IMG/VR virus record: IMGVR_UViG_3300025030_000054
Coordinates: 1 to 64,000 of that record
Length of the DNA: 64,000 bases
Direction: 5' to 3' (one strand)
Source of the DNA: a virus
Positions 30,071 to 40,455 of this stretch are shown here, one piece after another. A model generated the notes under the pieces. It did no database searches, had not been told where the DNA came from, and was given only the letters and a program-made list of their open reading frames with translations. A program made the position numbers and the translations under genes. How positions within the stretch are numbered: position 1 is the stretch's first letter; every line of letters begins with the position of its first letter.

Positions 30071-31980
30071 GGAGCCAAACAAATGTCTACTAAATCCTAT
30101 GAAAACAATGAATTCTCCAAGTTCTCTAACAAATCAACCAATAAAAATCAAAACCAAGAAGAGCCATCAAGAAGGAATATACAGAAGGCTAGAGAAACAG
30201 CCATAAATCAGGCTAGAAGAGTCAAGACCTCTATCAGATATGCTTAGAAATTATTTAATAGTCATTTTCTTCAGGCTACTTAAATCAATAGCCGTGGTGC
30301 GTAGAAATCCAATGGAATTTAAAAAGGAAATCAAAGCCACGGTTAACGATATCTTTCTGAGAGGAGGTTGAGATGAGCAGCGTAGCAGAATTCCTAGTCC
30401 TTTACTTGCTCAAAGACATTAAAAAGGAACCTGTAAAGAGAGTCCATAAACCCACGCCAGTGGTTAAGTACGTGAAATCACTAGAGTCTCCGGTCTTGCT
30501 TAAAGAAACGGTATGTGGTATGTGTTTGGTAGAGCTACCTTCAGAAGAGCATTGCTGGGTTTCGGAAGATGACTTAGTTAAATTACAATAAGGACTTAAA
30601 AATGTTTTCTTACTTAATTATTGGCTCGGTAGTTTTAGGAATGATTTTGTGTGTAGTTTGTGCAGTTTACTCTTACTTGATTAAAAGGAGGTACTAATGT
30701 TTTCCTTCAGAAAAAAGTCTGTTCCGTTGACCAATAAAACCAGAGACATAGAGGTGGTTCAGACATGGGAGGTTCGTTGGAAATCACGTTATGGAGATTT
30801 TTCCGGTTGCTTAAGACCAGAAGTTGAGGTGTTCACGTCTAAGGAAGAAGCTGTGAAATTCAAGGAATCTTTAGAGGCTGCTGCCAAACTACTCAAGTAC
30901 ACTGAATTTATGCGTATAGCCACTATAGAAAAAAGACAGTGAGGAGACTAAAATGGCAAAGACCCTAATAGCATACCCTCTAGCAGTTATAGCAATCATC
31001 CTGGTAGTCTACGCTAGAGTTCAGTCACTCCATCTGACTGAAGGAGAGGCTTTAATAACTGGTTGGAAGTTTTATTTAGGAGGAATTTGTCTAATTATTT
31101 CCTCTGTCTACCTAGCAAAATGTAACCCAAACAAACTAAGGAGACCAAAATGGCCCACAATAAAAAGACCATAAAAGAACAAGCAGAAGCTAGTTATTGG
31201 TGGCATTGTAAAGATGCTTTCAAAACTATGTTCGGGATCAAATTACTACCGTTTAAGGAGTGGCTTAACGCATTTGGCTTGTTAGGTGACTTAATTCTTT
31301 GGATTCTCTGTATCTTGCTATTTCCCATAACAGTACCATTGGCAGGTTACACTAGAAAACAGCACGCCCAGAAACTAGTAGAAAAGTACCGAAAAGACTA
31401 TGAGAAGTAGTAAGCTAAATAAGTGTGCTGAGTTATTTATTAAACTACTCAGCACCCTTGTTTAAATTATCACTCAAACATAAATGAGCCTACAAATGAA
31501 AAATTTCTTTAAGAAGTTATTTGGTAAAAAAGTTTATTTAATACTTGAAATAGAAATAGGAGCTACTTATGGATTTTATAAAAATGAAACTGAGAAATCA
31601 AACCCCTTCGTGGACCTTAATGAAATGGTGAAGGCTAGGGTAAAGGACTACAAAGACGGTTGGGTTCTTTACGAAATAGTAGGCCCAGGAATTATGGTTA
31701 AAAATGAAACCCTTGAAGCAGAAAGCTTCCTCCGAGTATACAACAGAAAACTAACATAAAAGAGGCCAATAAAATGAACTACAAAATATCCTACAACGAT
31801 TTCTTAGACTTCAAAAACAATTACCTTAAAGACAGTGACCCGCTCAAGACCTTCGGAAATGCTTTCTGTGATACTTTCAAAATTGATAATGAATGTATAA
31901 GAAAAACAAATTCCGTAACTGATGCTAGGATTCTCATCGACTCATTAGCAGAGTGGACTAACTAATAGGAGGTTAAGGAT

Positions 31981-32334
31981 ATGAAAAGGCACCTGAAGGT
32001 TAGAGCTGAATTAGTAAGACGTAATGAAGAAGTTAAGGTTACTATACTAGAGAAAGTTGCGGAGCCTAGTAAATTTAGTAAGATAGGAATGTCTCACCCA
32101 AGTCACCATTCAGGAGTATTTAGGCATGAAGATGTGCTTTTGATATCTTTAGATTGGTTGCAAAAATCTAGGTACACTGGATTTAAGTGGAATACTGGAT
32201 TTGGAATTAACATGCACTATTTCGAGATAGGCCATACTCCTACTTTAACTCTCCCAATAAAAGTATGGCCAAAGATAAAAAAGGCTATCGAAGCGTACAA
32301 CGAATGGGGTGCTGAAAATCCTATAGAGGAGTGA
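31981..32334 (+). CDS. Paralog family member 4
   Basis: MKRHLKVRAEL...WPKIKKAIEAYNEWG. Confidence 0.8.
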   Translation: MKRHLKVRAELVRRNEEVKVTILEKVAEPSKFSKIGMSHPSHHSGVFRHEDVLLISLDWLQKSRYTGFKWNTGFGINMHYFEIGHTPTLTLPIKVWPKIKKAIEAYNEWGAENPIEE

Positions 32335-32340
32335 TAATGA

Positions 32341-32631
32341 ATGAAACATTTAAAACTAAGAGCCAGACTCGTTCCAAACTCCAAAGAAGCAATTGTTACT
32401 GTAGTTGAGCAGACACATGGATACTACGAGTTTGGGAATAGTGCAGGTAAGTCACACTTCAGATGTTCAGAAGGAGCTATAAGTTCACACCCGATGACTG
32501 TGCCACTAATGGGTTCTAATTTATGGCTAGGAACAGGGCCTGGAATAGAATTCATAATACAACAATCACGGTGGCCTAAAATCAAAAAGTTAGTAGAAGC
32601 ATACAATGAATGGGGAGCAACTCAACCTTAA
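32341..32631 (+). CDS. Paralog family member 5
   Basis: MKHLKLRARL...VEQTH...WPKIKKLVEAYNEWG. Confidence 0.8.
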   Translation: MKHLKLRARLVPNSKEAIVTVVEQTHGYYEFGNSAGKSHFRCSEGAISSHPMTVPLMGSNLWLGTGPGIEFIIQQSRWPKIKKLVEAYNEWGATQP

Positions 32632-32648
32632 CCGAGGAGGAACTTATT

Positions 32649-33380
32649 ATGCCAGTTGGAGAATTTGATTACGCAAAAGCTTTAATACCCGTCTACGATA
32701 GCTTGTATAACCGAGCCGTAGCACTCATGGACAGGTTCAACCCATGCAATGTCTGCGATGGAGTTTGTGAGAGGCACCGGAGGCAAGGGGGTAGGAATTT
32801 CTGCTGTGACGGTTGCTTGTATTTAGGTAAAGAGGGTTGTAGCGTAAAGGCTCTACAATGTAAACTCTGGATTTGCCGCTATGACCTTGTAGCACCAGTC
32901 AATAAGAGAGCCTTCGATTCAATCATGTGGGGTCTTATGATAGAGGCTGCTGGGTTTAATCTCTTGTACGCCAGAGGAAGTATGGAAGACGCTATAGCAC
33001 AGGCTTGCCGGTACTACATAGAACATAAAGATGAAAGGGACAAACTCATGAAGGCTGCTGTAGAGTTTCAACCCAAGCCTATCTTCTTTGCCCCTCCCGT
33101 TTCTTCGTCGGGGGCTATGAAGGCAGCTTTTCCGGCTGCTTACGGTAGGCATGTTGGAGGCATGGATAGCACTTATACAGGTGCTTACAAAGCATCTAAG
33201 CCTATCTTATCCAGAGAAGAACCTGTGGTTAAAAAAGAGGAACCAATAAGACACAATTCTTTCGCTTCCACCTACAAAAGCCTTTATGGAAAAACCTTAT
33301 TTGAAGACTTCGAACCGTCCCCAAAGTTCTTTAAAGAAGAGGAGCCTATGGTTGAAGTAGCAACTGGGGATCACGTATGA
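32649..33380 (+). CDS. Cys-rich (Zn/Fe-chelating-like) protein
   Basis: CNVCDGVC...CCDGCLYL...GCSVK..QCKLWIC; start placed by RBS GAGGAGG. Confidence 0.6.
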   Translation: MPVGEFDYAKALIPVYDSLYNRAVALMDRFNPCNVCDGVCERHRRQGGRNFCCDGCLYLGKEGCSVKALQCKLWICRYDLVAPVNKRAFDSIMWGLMIEAAGFNLLYARGSMEDAIAQACRYYIEHKDERDKLMKAAVEFQPKPIFFAPPVSSSGAMKAAFPAAYGRHVGGMDSTYTGAYKASKPILSREEPVVKKEEPIRHNSFASTYKSLYGKTLFEDFEPSPKFFKEEEPMVEVATGDHV

Positions 33381-33677
33381 AATTAATTACTCCTGAAACT
33401 ACTTTCGATATGGTTACGTTTGACCTAGAAAATCCTGCCATAGACCCCTTCGTAGAAAGGTTGAATGAACGGGAAAGGCTAGAAAGTGGGCACTGCTGGG
33501 TTTGTTGCAATGAGTTTGACAAGGGATCTGGAAAATTACTTAGAGAATCAGACCCTAACTGTTACGAAATAGCCAACCGTTTAGATGTTTGTCCAAGTTG
33601 TTGTGGAGTTGTTAACCCAGACGCCTTTAATTTCTACTGAGCTAAGAAATTGGTAATTACCTATTTAGGAGGAACTG

Positions 33678-34016
33678 ATGCCAGATAGTAAAGAAAGGAG
33701 GTGGGAAGGTGAAAAGAAATGGATCAAGTATCGTGCTAAATTAACCACAGATAAGAAATCAGTAGCTGTTACTATTTTAGAGCAGAGTCATAGGAGCTAT
33801 AACTTTGGAGTGGGAGGTGAGGATGAGTTTAGGTATCTCGGCTACGGCATAGGCAGTATCGCTTATCCAGATACGACTTCTGTGTTCACGTACCTACGAG
33901 GCAGCGAAACCAGCCGAGACGACACAACCATATACATGCCACTAGAAATGTACCAGAAGTTCAAAGCTACAGTTCTAGCTTATAACAAGTATTTTAAAGG
34001 CGACTCAGAAGACTAA
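33678..34016 (+). CDS. Paralog family member 6
   Basis: KWIKYRAKL...ILEQSH...FKATVLAYNKY. Confidence 0.8.
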   Translation: MPDSKERRWEGEKKWIKYRAKLTTDKKSVAVTILEQSHRSYNFGVGGEDEFRYLGYGIGSIAYPDTTSVFTYLRGSETSRDDTTIYMPLEMYQKFKATVLAYNKYFKGDSED

Positions 34017-34090
34017 CCAATTAATTTATCTGAGTCTAACTTCCACCCCCAGCCTAACTACAGGCTGTACAAGACTAAGGAGAATACAAA

Positions 34091-34483
34091 ATGAAACACA
34101 TTAAACTCGAAGTAGCAGCTAACCCGGAATTCAGCCAGACACTTATCCGCGTAGTTAGCCAGACCAACGTAGGCAAAAAGTTCGGCAACATGAAAGGCGA
34201 CCTGCGTAAATTCAAAGCGGCCAACGGTCTTACAATCGCTAGCAACCTGTTCCCCGCTAAAGATGAGGACTTCAGGAACACTCAGACGATTTGGCTTCAG
34301 GGTCTTGGCTCTGCATCTCAAAATGCTACTTGCCTTGCCCTCCCCAATGACGTGGCAGTTAAACTTTGCGAGGCTGTTGAGGAGTATAATGAGTACTATA
34401 CCCAAGCTAACGTTAACCGCCGCGTGCAAGCCAAGCGTGAAGCTGCGGCACTTCGTAGTGGCCGTGTCGAGTACGTTGGGTAA
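34091..34483 (+). CDS. Paralog family member 7
   Basis: MKHIKL...SQTN...FKAANGL...EAVEEYNEYY. Confidence 0.8.
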   Translation: MKHIKLEVAANPEFSQTLIRVVSQTNVGKKFGNMKGDLRKFKAANGLTIASNLFPAKDEDFRNTQTIWLQGLGSASQNATCLALPNDVAVKLCEAVEEYNEYYTQANVNRRVQAKREAAALRSGRVEYVG

Positions 34484-34602
34484 GTAATTTTAGGAGCTGC
34501 ATGTTCAAGTAATGTGCAGCTTCATTTTCACAGTCACTATTTACGGTAACCCGCTCAACTTCTAAAAGAGGTTGATACAAACATCCATAAGGAGAATACA
34601 AA

Positions 34603-35064
34603 ATGAAACACATCAACGCTAAAGTAATGATTCTTCCGAGCTTTTCCAAGGGACTCATCAAGATCACCGGCCAGACCCACATCAACACTGCTTTCGGTAA
34701 CTCTGATGACGGCAAAACCTTCACAGCTACTAACGGTATTACTCTCGGAAGTAACCGCCGAGTCGCTAGGGATGCTGACGAGGTAAACACCATCTGGCTT
34801 CGTGGCACGGATACTTCTAAAAATTACACTTCGCTTGCTATTCCGGTGAAACGTCTTGGTAAAGTTGTCGATGCTATTAAGGAGTATAACGAGTACTACT
34901 CCGTAGCTAGCATTAACCAGCGAGTCAGGACTAAACGCGCAGCAGAAGCCGAAGCAGCTCGTCAGGCACTTATCGAAGCAGCTCGTCAGGCAGAACTCGC
35001 AAGGCAGGCTGAACTTGCTCGCCGTGCTGTTACTTTCTCTTCCTGCACGTTCATCGTAGGTTAA
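34603..35064 (+). CDS. Paralog family member 8
   Basis: MKHINAK...GQTH...FTATNGI...DAIKEYNEYY; same leader as member 7. Confidence 0.8.
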   Translation: MKHINAKVMILPSFSKGLIKITGQTHINTAFGNSDDGKTFTATNGITLGSNRRVARDADEVNTIWLRGTDTSKNYTSLAIPVKRLGKVVDAIKEYNEYYSVASINQRVRTKRAAEAEAARQALIEAARQAELARQAELARRAVTFSSCTFIVG

Positions 35065-35071
35065 TCAAAAA

Positions 35072-35407
35072 GTGCCCCCGCGAGAGCATAGGCACATAAA
35101 GTATAGAGCTGAATTGTTGAGTTGTAGGAGTCGGGTTAAAGTCATGGTCCTTGAGCAAACCCACAGGGGCCGTGACTTTGCTTTACCAGAGGATGGGAGT
35201 GCTCTATACTCAGGTGGTCAGAGTTTTGAGCATGAGAACACAATATTGGGAAGCTGGTCTTACCCAGAGTTTTTAGATGGCCGTGACTGGGTGGCCTTGC
35301 GGGGAGACAACCCAGCAAGAGACTTATACCCCATAACATTCCCAACTCTGCAATCTTACTACGATTTTAAAGCTGCTGTGCTTGCCTACAATGAGAGGTA
35401 TAAGTAA
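35072..35407 (+). CDS. Paralog family member 9
   Basis: RHIKYRAEL...VLEQTH...FKAAVLAYNERY. Confidence 0.8.
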   Translation: MPPREHRHIKYRAELLSCRSRVKVMVLEQTHRGRDFALPEDGSALYSGGQSFEHENTILGSWSYPEFLDGRDWVALRGDNPARDLYPITFPTLQSYYDFKAAVLAYNERYK

Positions 35408-35653
35408 CTAAAATTAACAATCTGGCTCCAAACTGAGTCATACAAACTAAAGGAGGATTCTTTATGAAACGACAGAATTTTGACGCACGGGTAACTGTAA
35501 AGAGAGAAGCCGCCGTAGAGAGGGCCGCTGAAAGGTCTAAAAGGACTCCACAGGAGCAGCTAGATATTCTTGACAGTAGACTTGGAAAGGGAATTGGTGC
35601 AATAAAAGAGAGGGCTAAACTGCTATCAATCATCAACAAGCAGGAGGGTTAAT

Positions 35654-36046
35654 ATGAGAGAAATCCAAGAAGGGGATATTGTTAAAAGTAGTTACCAAAG
35701 TATCTCAGTGGGAATTGTTGAAAGAATTTTTGAGGAAGACGGAGATAGGGTTGCTAAAATAAGGTATAAATATTGCGGAAGTATTCACGCAGACGAGTAC
35801 AGTATAGAAGACTTCACTCTGTATGAAACTCTCCCAACCTTTGAGGCCGAAATAACAGGACTCGGTTGTGGGAGACATGTAGCTAGAACCAATGCTGACA
35901 CTGAAGAGGGAGCTGTCTGCTGGTTTAACAAATTTATCAAAGGGGACGTGACAGATGTACTCGGTAGACATATCTCAGAAATTGTTAAAGTGTCAAGTAA
36001 GTCAGACACTTCCTCACTTATTATAACTTATATCAAAGCAGTTTAG
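35654..36046 (+). CDS. KOW/SH3-like protein, paralog of 39456-39869
   Basis: IQEGDIV...GIV; F.A....LG.G...A..N..TE..A. Confidence 0.6.
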   Translation: MREIQEGDIVKSSYQSISVGIVERIFEEDGDRVAKIRYKYCGSIHADEYSIEDFTLYETLPTFEAEITGLGCGRHVARTNADTEEGAVCWFNKFIKGDVTDVLGRHISEIVKVSSKSDTSSLIITYIKAV

Positions 36047-36490
36047 CTACTAACCACATCGTAGTGCCTAGATAGTCCTTGGAGGGAAAAATGAGCAACA
36101 AAGTGTTTTGCCACGATTGTGGGTTGCAGTATGGCGGAGATGCTTGGATAGAAGCTGTGGTGCCGGACCAGATATGGGATCAAATACGCCCGACAGGTAG
36201 TAGTAAGGGTTGTGGCATACTCTGTGTTTCATGCATTGCCCGGAGGCTGCGGATATTGGGAATGAAAGATGTTCCAGTATGGTTCTGTGGGACTGAGCCT
36301 TTAATTGCTGTCGGAGGAGACCCTTCGGACCGGTTAGACCTTTTGAGAGGATAGGCTGTCTGTTACGGGCACAGTCTTATAGGGTAGCCCCGCACTTGTT
36401 TGCTAGAAAAATACTAGAAGGTAAATTTAACCAACCTTAAACCAACAACTAACCAAATAGGTAATTACCTAAATCAACGGAGGGAACAAA

Positions 36491-38074
36491 ATGAAAGATT
36501 TGTTGAAAACTACTGGCACGGTTTTGAGAAAACATGGTCTTCCTGATACAATGCTTGAGAAACTGCACGATCAGATGCGTGATGCAAAGAGCAGCCTTGA
36601 CTCCACTCTCGGTCTTACAGAATCCACTCTTTTCCGTAAGTCTATCCCGCTTGCTAGGAAAGAGGCAGATGTGCGTAAAGATTATCCGCAGACCTATTCG
36701 GTAATTGCTCATGTTCTTCATCAGGCAATTCAGGCAGGTTCTCCGATTGACTTGGGTTCTGTTTCTCTGATTGAAAATACCGTGAAAGTCAAGAATCAGG
36801 AAAGTAAACTGTCTAGGGTACTGGCCAAGCAACTTAAAGGACAAGAGGAAGTGCTCAAGTATTGTATGCCTGAACTCGGTATCAGCAAACCTGAGCAGTT
36901 TCTTCCTAAACTTGGCGATATAGTAAAGTCTGGAAGGCAACTTTGGGTTTCGACCAACATACTTGATTTCATTTATGCGTCGGAACATGCCTCCTTTACT
37001 TCTTGCCATTCCCTCAGCGGGTGCCACTTCAACGGTAACTTGGCATACGCTAGGGATGGTCTGACCTTGATAACCTTCGTTTCTGACGAAAAGGCAACCG
37101 CAGCGCAGCATGAAATTTATAAGCTGGGAAGGAGCTGGATGTTTGTCGTGGATAATACAATCATACAGCCCAAGTCTTATGGCGCTTACTACGATTTTGA
37201 AAGGGACACTGCGAGGCTGTTTGTAGAAGAGAAGATCGCGGAGTCTCTAGGGGTAGAAAACAAGTGGAAGATCAAACGCGGCGGTAGCATTGGCGAGGTA
37301 TATTTTGAGGAGCCTAAAGATAAGTATGCCAGCTCTGGTAGTGGTGCGCTCTACCTTGACAACTATGATCTGGATATCTCCTACATGGGTTCGTATAATT
37401 CTCCTAGCGTAGAGTTTTCTGCAGCAATGTGCTTGGAGTGTGGCCAGACCACTGATTATACTCAGAAGGGAGTTTGCACAGAACATGACGGCAAAGTTAA
37501 AGCAACCTGCCCGATCTGCGGAGAAAGGCACATCACTCACAATATGTACAACGTTGGTGGGGAAGAAGGTACTGTCTGTTCAACGTGCTTTACCCTAGAG
37601 TTTGGTCAGTGCAATCAGTGTGGAAACTATCATCGTAAGGGTGCTTTGGAAACTATCGACGGTAGGTTTGTTTGTGCTCCCTGCAAACAAAACCACTACA
37701 CAACCTGCGATTGCTGCGGAACTTTTAGCAAAAAAGACAAACTGGCTAATCTGAAAGGTGTTGGAAATGCTTGCCTTTCGTGCCAAGATAAGTACATGCT
37801 CTGCTCAATCTGTGGCGACTATCATCTTAAATCTGACGTTGAGTATTACAAGTATGTCGGTCGGGTGTGCAAAGTCTGCGTCGAATTTAGCACCTTCCCT
37901 TGCATTTCCTGCGGAGAAGTTCACCCTATGTCTGACAGAAAGGTAACTGGAAAGGAATCTCTCTGTACTGCTTGTGAGGCTCGTAGGGAAGGAAAAGAAG
38001 TTACACTTAAGTTTAAGCCTAAGTACGCTGATCTTCCTGAAGGTTGGGACGACTATGTAGAAGAAGTCGGCTAA
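36491..38074 (+). CDS. Large protein with about six tandem C-terminal zinc ribbons
   Basis: Alternating CxxCG/CxxC pairs at about 31-aa period; N-terminal STN..DF...S...FTSCH...GR.W domain. Confidence 0.8.
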   Translation: MKDLLKTTGTVLRKHGLPDTMLEKLHDQMRDAKSSLDSTLGLTESTLFRKSIPLARKEADVRKDYPQTYSVIAHVLHQAIQAGSPIDLGSVSLIENTVKVKNQESKLSRVLAKQLKGQEEVLKYCMPELGISKPEQFLPKLGDIVKSGRQLWVSTNILDFIYASEHASFTSCHSLSGCHFNGNLAYARDGLTLITFVSDEKATAAQHEIYKLGRSWMFVVDNTIIQPKSYGAYYDFERDTARLFVEEKIAESLGVENKWKIKRGGSIGEVYFEEPKDKYASSGSGALYLDNYDLDISYMGSYNSPSVEFSAAMCLECGQTTDYTQKGVCTEHDGKVKATCPICGERHITHNMYNVGGEEGTVCSTCFTLEFGQCNQCGNYHRKGALETIDGRFVCAPCKQNHYTTCDCCGTFSKKDKLANLKGVGNACLSCQDKYMLCSICGDYHLKSDVEYYKYVGRVCKVCVEFSTFPCISCGEVHPMSDRKVTGKESLCTACEARREGKEVTLKFKPKYADLPEGWDDYVEEVG

Positions 38075-38164
38075 ATCTTCTTCAAGGCTGTCTAGTTTTG
38101 CTTTTGTTAGGGGACTAGACAGCCACTGTAAGTAAACTTGGAAGAACCTAAAGGGGGACATAGA

Positions 38165-39463
38165 ATGGGTTATAAATTAAACACAATTCAAGAAGTGCTG
38201 GAAATGCCTACTGACGAAATGCTCCCAGCGTGTACAGATTACCTACTAGACTACTTTGAAGCTGACCCGAAGTCTGATCCGAAGGTTTACGTTTTGGAGG
38301 ATGATTTTGTATATGCCATCGGAGAAAGTCCTATCACTATCGTAGCGCACGTTGATACGGTTCGTGATAGATACATGCAAAAAGTGCCTACAAAAAATAC
38401 AGCCAACATAGTTCTAGCGAGTAGCAAGAAAGATGATTCGATGGTTCTTTGTCAAGACAGAAATGTTATCACAAACCTCAACGGAGTTCTGGGGGCCGAT
38501 GACAGAGCGGGAGTCTTCGGGTGCCTTGAGATAGTCAGACGTTGTAGTGAAGCTGGCTTACCTTTGCCAAGTGTCATTCTTACTAACGGGGAAGAGAGCG
38601 GGGGAATTGGTGTTGGGGCTTTTTGCAGATCTAAAATCTTTGAAGAACATGACAAAGGAAGGACCAAACTCTTTGTAGAAATGGACCGCTGCAACGCTAC
38701 AGAATGGGTTACTTACGGTGCTAAACTGCCTTCGGAAGTAGTTTCGTATGTTGAGTCGTTCGGATTCCATAAAGGTCATGGGTCATATTCTGATATAGCA
38801 GACTTGCAGGAGGAATATTTAATTCCTGCTGTAAACGTAAGTATCGGATATTACTCACAGCATTCGGCTTGTGAAAAACTTCATGTGGATGAGATGTACT
38901 TAACCATTGAGAGAGTTTTTCAAATGGTTAAAGATCCTATTGACAAACTCTATAAAGTAGATGCTGATGTTAAGGGCTATGGGTGGGATGAAGATTGGTA
39001 CAACCATTATAACCACAAAAACTATGTCAGTACTAACCACAACAAACCAAAAACAGAAACTCCTAAAACAACTACTAACAAGACTACCAAAGGAGTTACT
39101 TCATTTCCACAAGGCAAGCCTGGAAAAACTTCTGTTGATAATGCTCTGGATGCTATTACGAGGGGTGGATTTTGTATCAGTTGTGGGCATATCTGGAGTG
39201 ATTGCGAATGCGGCGAAATGCTTAAGGACATTGCAGCATACATGTACAAGGAAGAGATAGAGTTCCTCTTAGAGAACTACCTGTTTCCGGAAGATTCTAT
39301 GCATATTCTTCTCACTGCGTTTTTGGAAATGGAAAATGACCAGATTGCTGCAATAGACGTTGCTGTTGTGGCTGACGAAGGGACCAAGCTGCTAATTCAA
39401 AATAATGCTGTTGAGCAGTTTGCTAAAGAATCTGAGAATAACGAGGGGGTAGGAAATGCCTAA
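38165..39463 (+). CDS. M28/M20-like zinc peptidase
   Basis: AHVDTV, LGADDRAG, GEESG, EMDR, SYSDI, GYYSQH. Confidence 0.85.
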   Translation: MGYKLNTIQEVLEMPTDEMLPACTDYLLDYFEADPKSDPKVYVLEDDFVYAIGESPITIVAHVDTVRDRYMQKVPTKNTANIVLASSKKDDSMVLCQDRNVITNLNGVLGADDRAGVFGCLEIVRRCSEAGLPLPSVILTNGEESGGIGVGAFCRSKIFEEHDKGRTKLFVEMDRCNATEWVTYGAKLPSEVVSYVESFGFHKGHGSYSDIADLQEEYLIPAVNVSIGYYSQHSACEKLHVDEMYLTIERVFQMVKDPIDKLYKVDADVKGYGWDEDWYNHYNHKNYVSTNHNKPKTETPKTTTNKTTKGVTSFPQGKPGKTSVDNALDAITRGGFCISCGHIWSDCECGEMLKDIAAYMYKEEIEFLLENYLFPEDSMHILLTAFLEMENDQIAAIDVAVVADEGTKLLIQNNAVEQFAKESENNEGVGNA

Positions 39464-39869
39464 GTTTAAGAGAGGAGATTTTGTACTAGATACCTACTAT
39501 GCTAGGCTAGGAATTGTTGCTGACACTGGCCAACACCGAATCAGAATATACCTACCTGACACTGATAGGTACCAAAATGAGAGCCCTAGCTACCTGAAAC
39601 CTCTAAAACGATCTTTCAAAGCTACCTTCGTGTCACTTGGCAGGGGTTCGGTAACAGCCATTATAAACCAACCCACAGAAGCTGCTGCTAGAGCTAGAGC
39701 TGCTAAACTAATTTCTAATTCTAGTCTAAGGGATAGCTGTGGGAATAGGCTTGAATCTTTAGGCTGGACTTATCCTTCATGTGAGGGGGCGAAAGAACTT
39801 AAGCCGATTCTAGTTCACTTAGAAGACTTAACCCCTATGCTTGAAGAAGGGCTGACTCATTTAACTTGA
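39456..39869 (+). CDS. KOW/SH3-like protein, paralog of 35654-36046
   Basis: FKRGDFV...GIV; F.A....LG.G...A..N..TE..A. Confidence 0.6.
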   Translation: MPKFKRGDFVLDTYYARLGIVADTGQHRIRIYLPDTDRYQNESPSYLKPLKRSFKATFVSLGRGSVTAIINQPTEAAARARAAKLISNSSLRDSCGNRLESLGWTYPSCEGAKELKPILVHLEDLTPMLEEGLTHLT

Positions 39870-39879
39870 GGAGGTACCT

Positions 39880-40434
39880 ATGGGGCATCATAAAGAGCTA
39901 CCTGAATCTGTGAAACAACATGCAGATAGGGTAGGTAGATTGGCCAGACTATCTGCAAGAGCTACTGGCAAAGACGAGAGAGCAGCTTATCTTGCGGGTA
40001 TTTTTCACGATGACGGGAAAGCTACCTTGCCTCCTGAACTGTTTGACGGCAGGGAGATAACCTTAGAAGAGTACTTGCTAATCAAAGAACACGCTATAAG
40101 AGGCTACCTTGATCTAAAAGAGAGGATGCCCTTCACCGGACTATGCTCTGGTTTACACCATGAAATGTCTGTGGTGGACGGCTATGGAATTACTTTGGAG
40201 GATATCCCTAAAGAATTATCTTTCGCAGACCTTAAAAAGATTTTAGACATTGCCACCATAGTTTCCATCGCAGACTTCATAGATGCTTATAATACTAGGA
40301 AGACTTCAATAGGACTTGGTGGTGCTAAAAAATTGGGGCTGAAAGAACTTCTCTGTAATAGGTACCCCTCAGAAATCCCTTTAGTGACTGTGATGTTGGA
40401 ATTGAGCGAAGAATTGTACAAACAAACCACCTGA
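39880..40434 (+). CDS. HD-GYP-like phosphodiesterase domain
   Basis: HADRV, FHDDGK, IKEHA.RG, HHE..VDGYG, IVSIADFIDA. Confidence 0.8.
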   Translation: MGHHKELPESVKQHADRVGRLARLSARATGKDERAAYLAGIFHDDGKATLPPELFDGREITLEEYLLIKEHAIRGYLDLKERMPFTGLCSGLHHEMSVVDGYGITLEDIPKELSFADLKKILDIATIVSIADFIDAYNTRKTSIGLGGAKKLGLKELLCNRYPSEIPLVTVMLELSEELYKQTT

Positions 40435-40455
40435 GAAACCAAAAGGAGAAATAAT

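Noticed and set aside
30288-30346. Possible tRNA or riboswitch (AGCCGTGG/CCACGGTT stem)
   Set aside because: No cloverleaf or T-loop; only a single stem is supported
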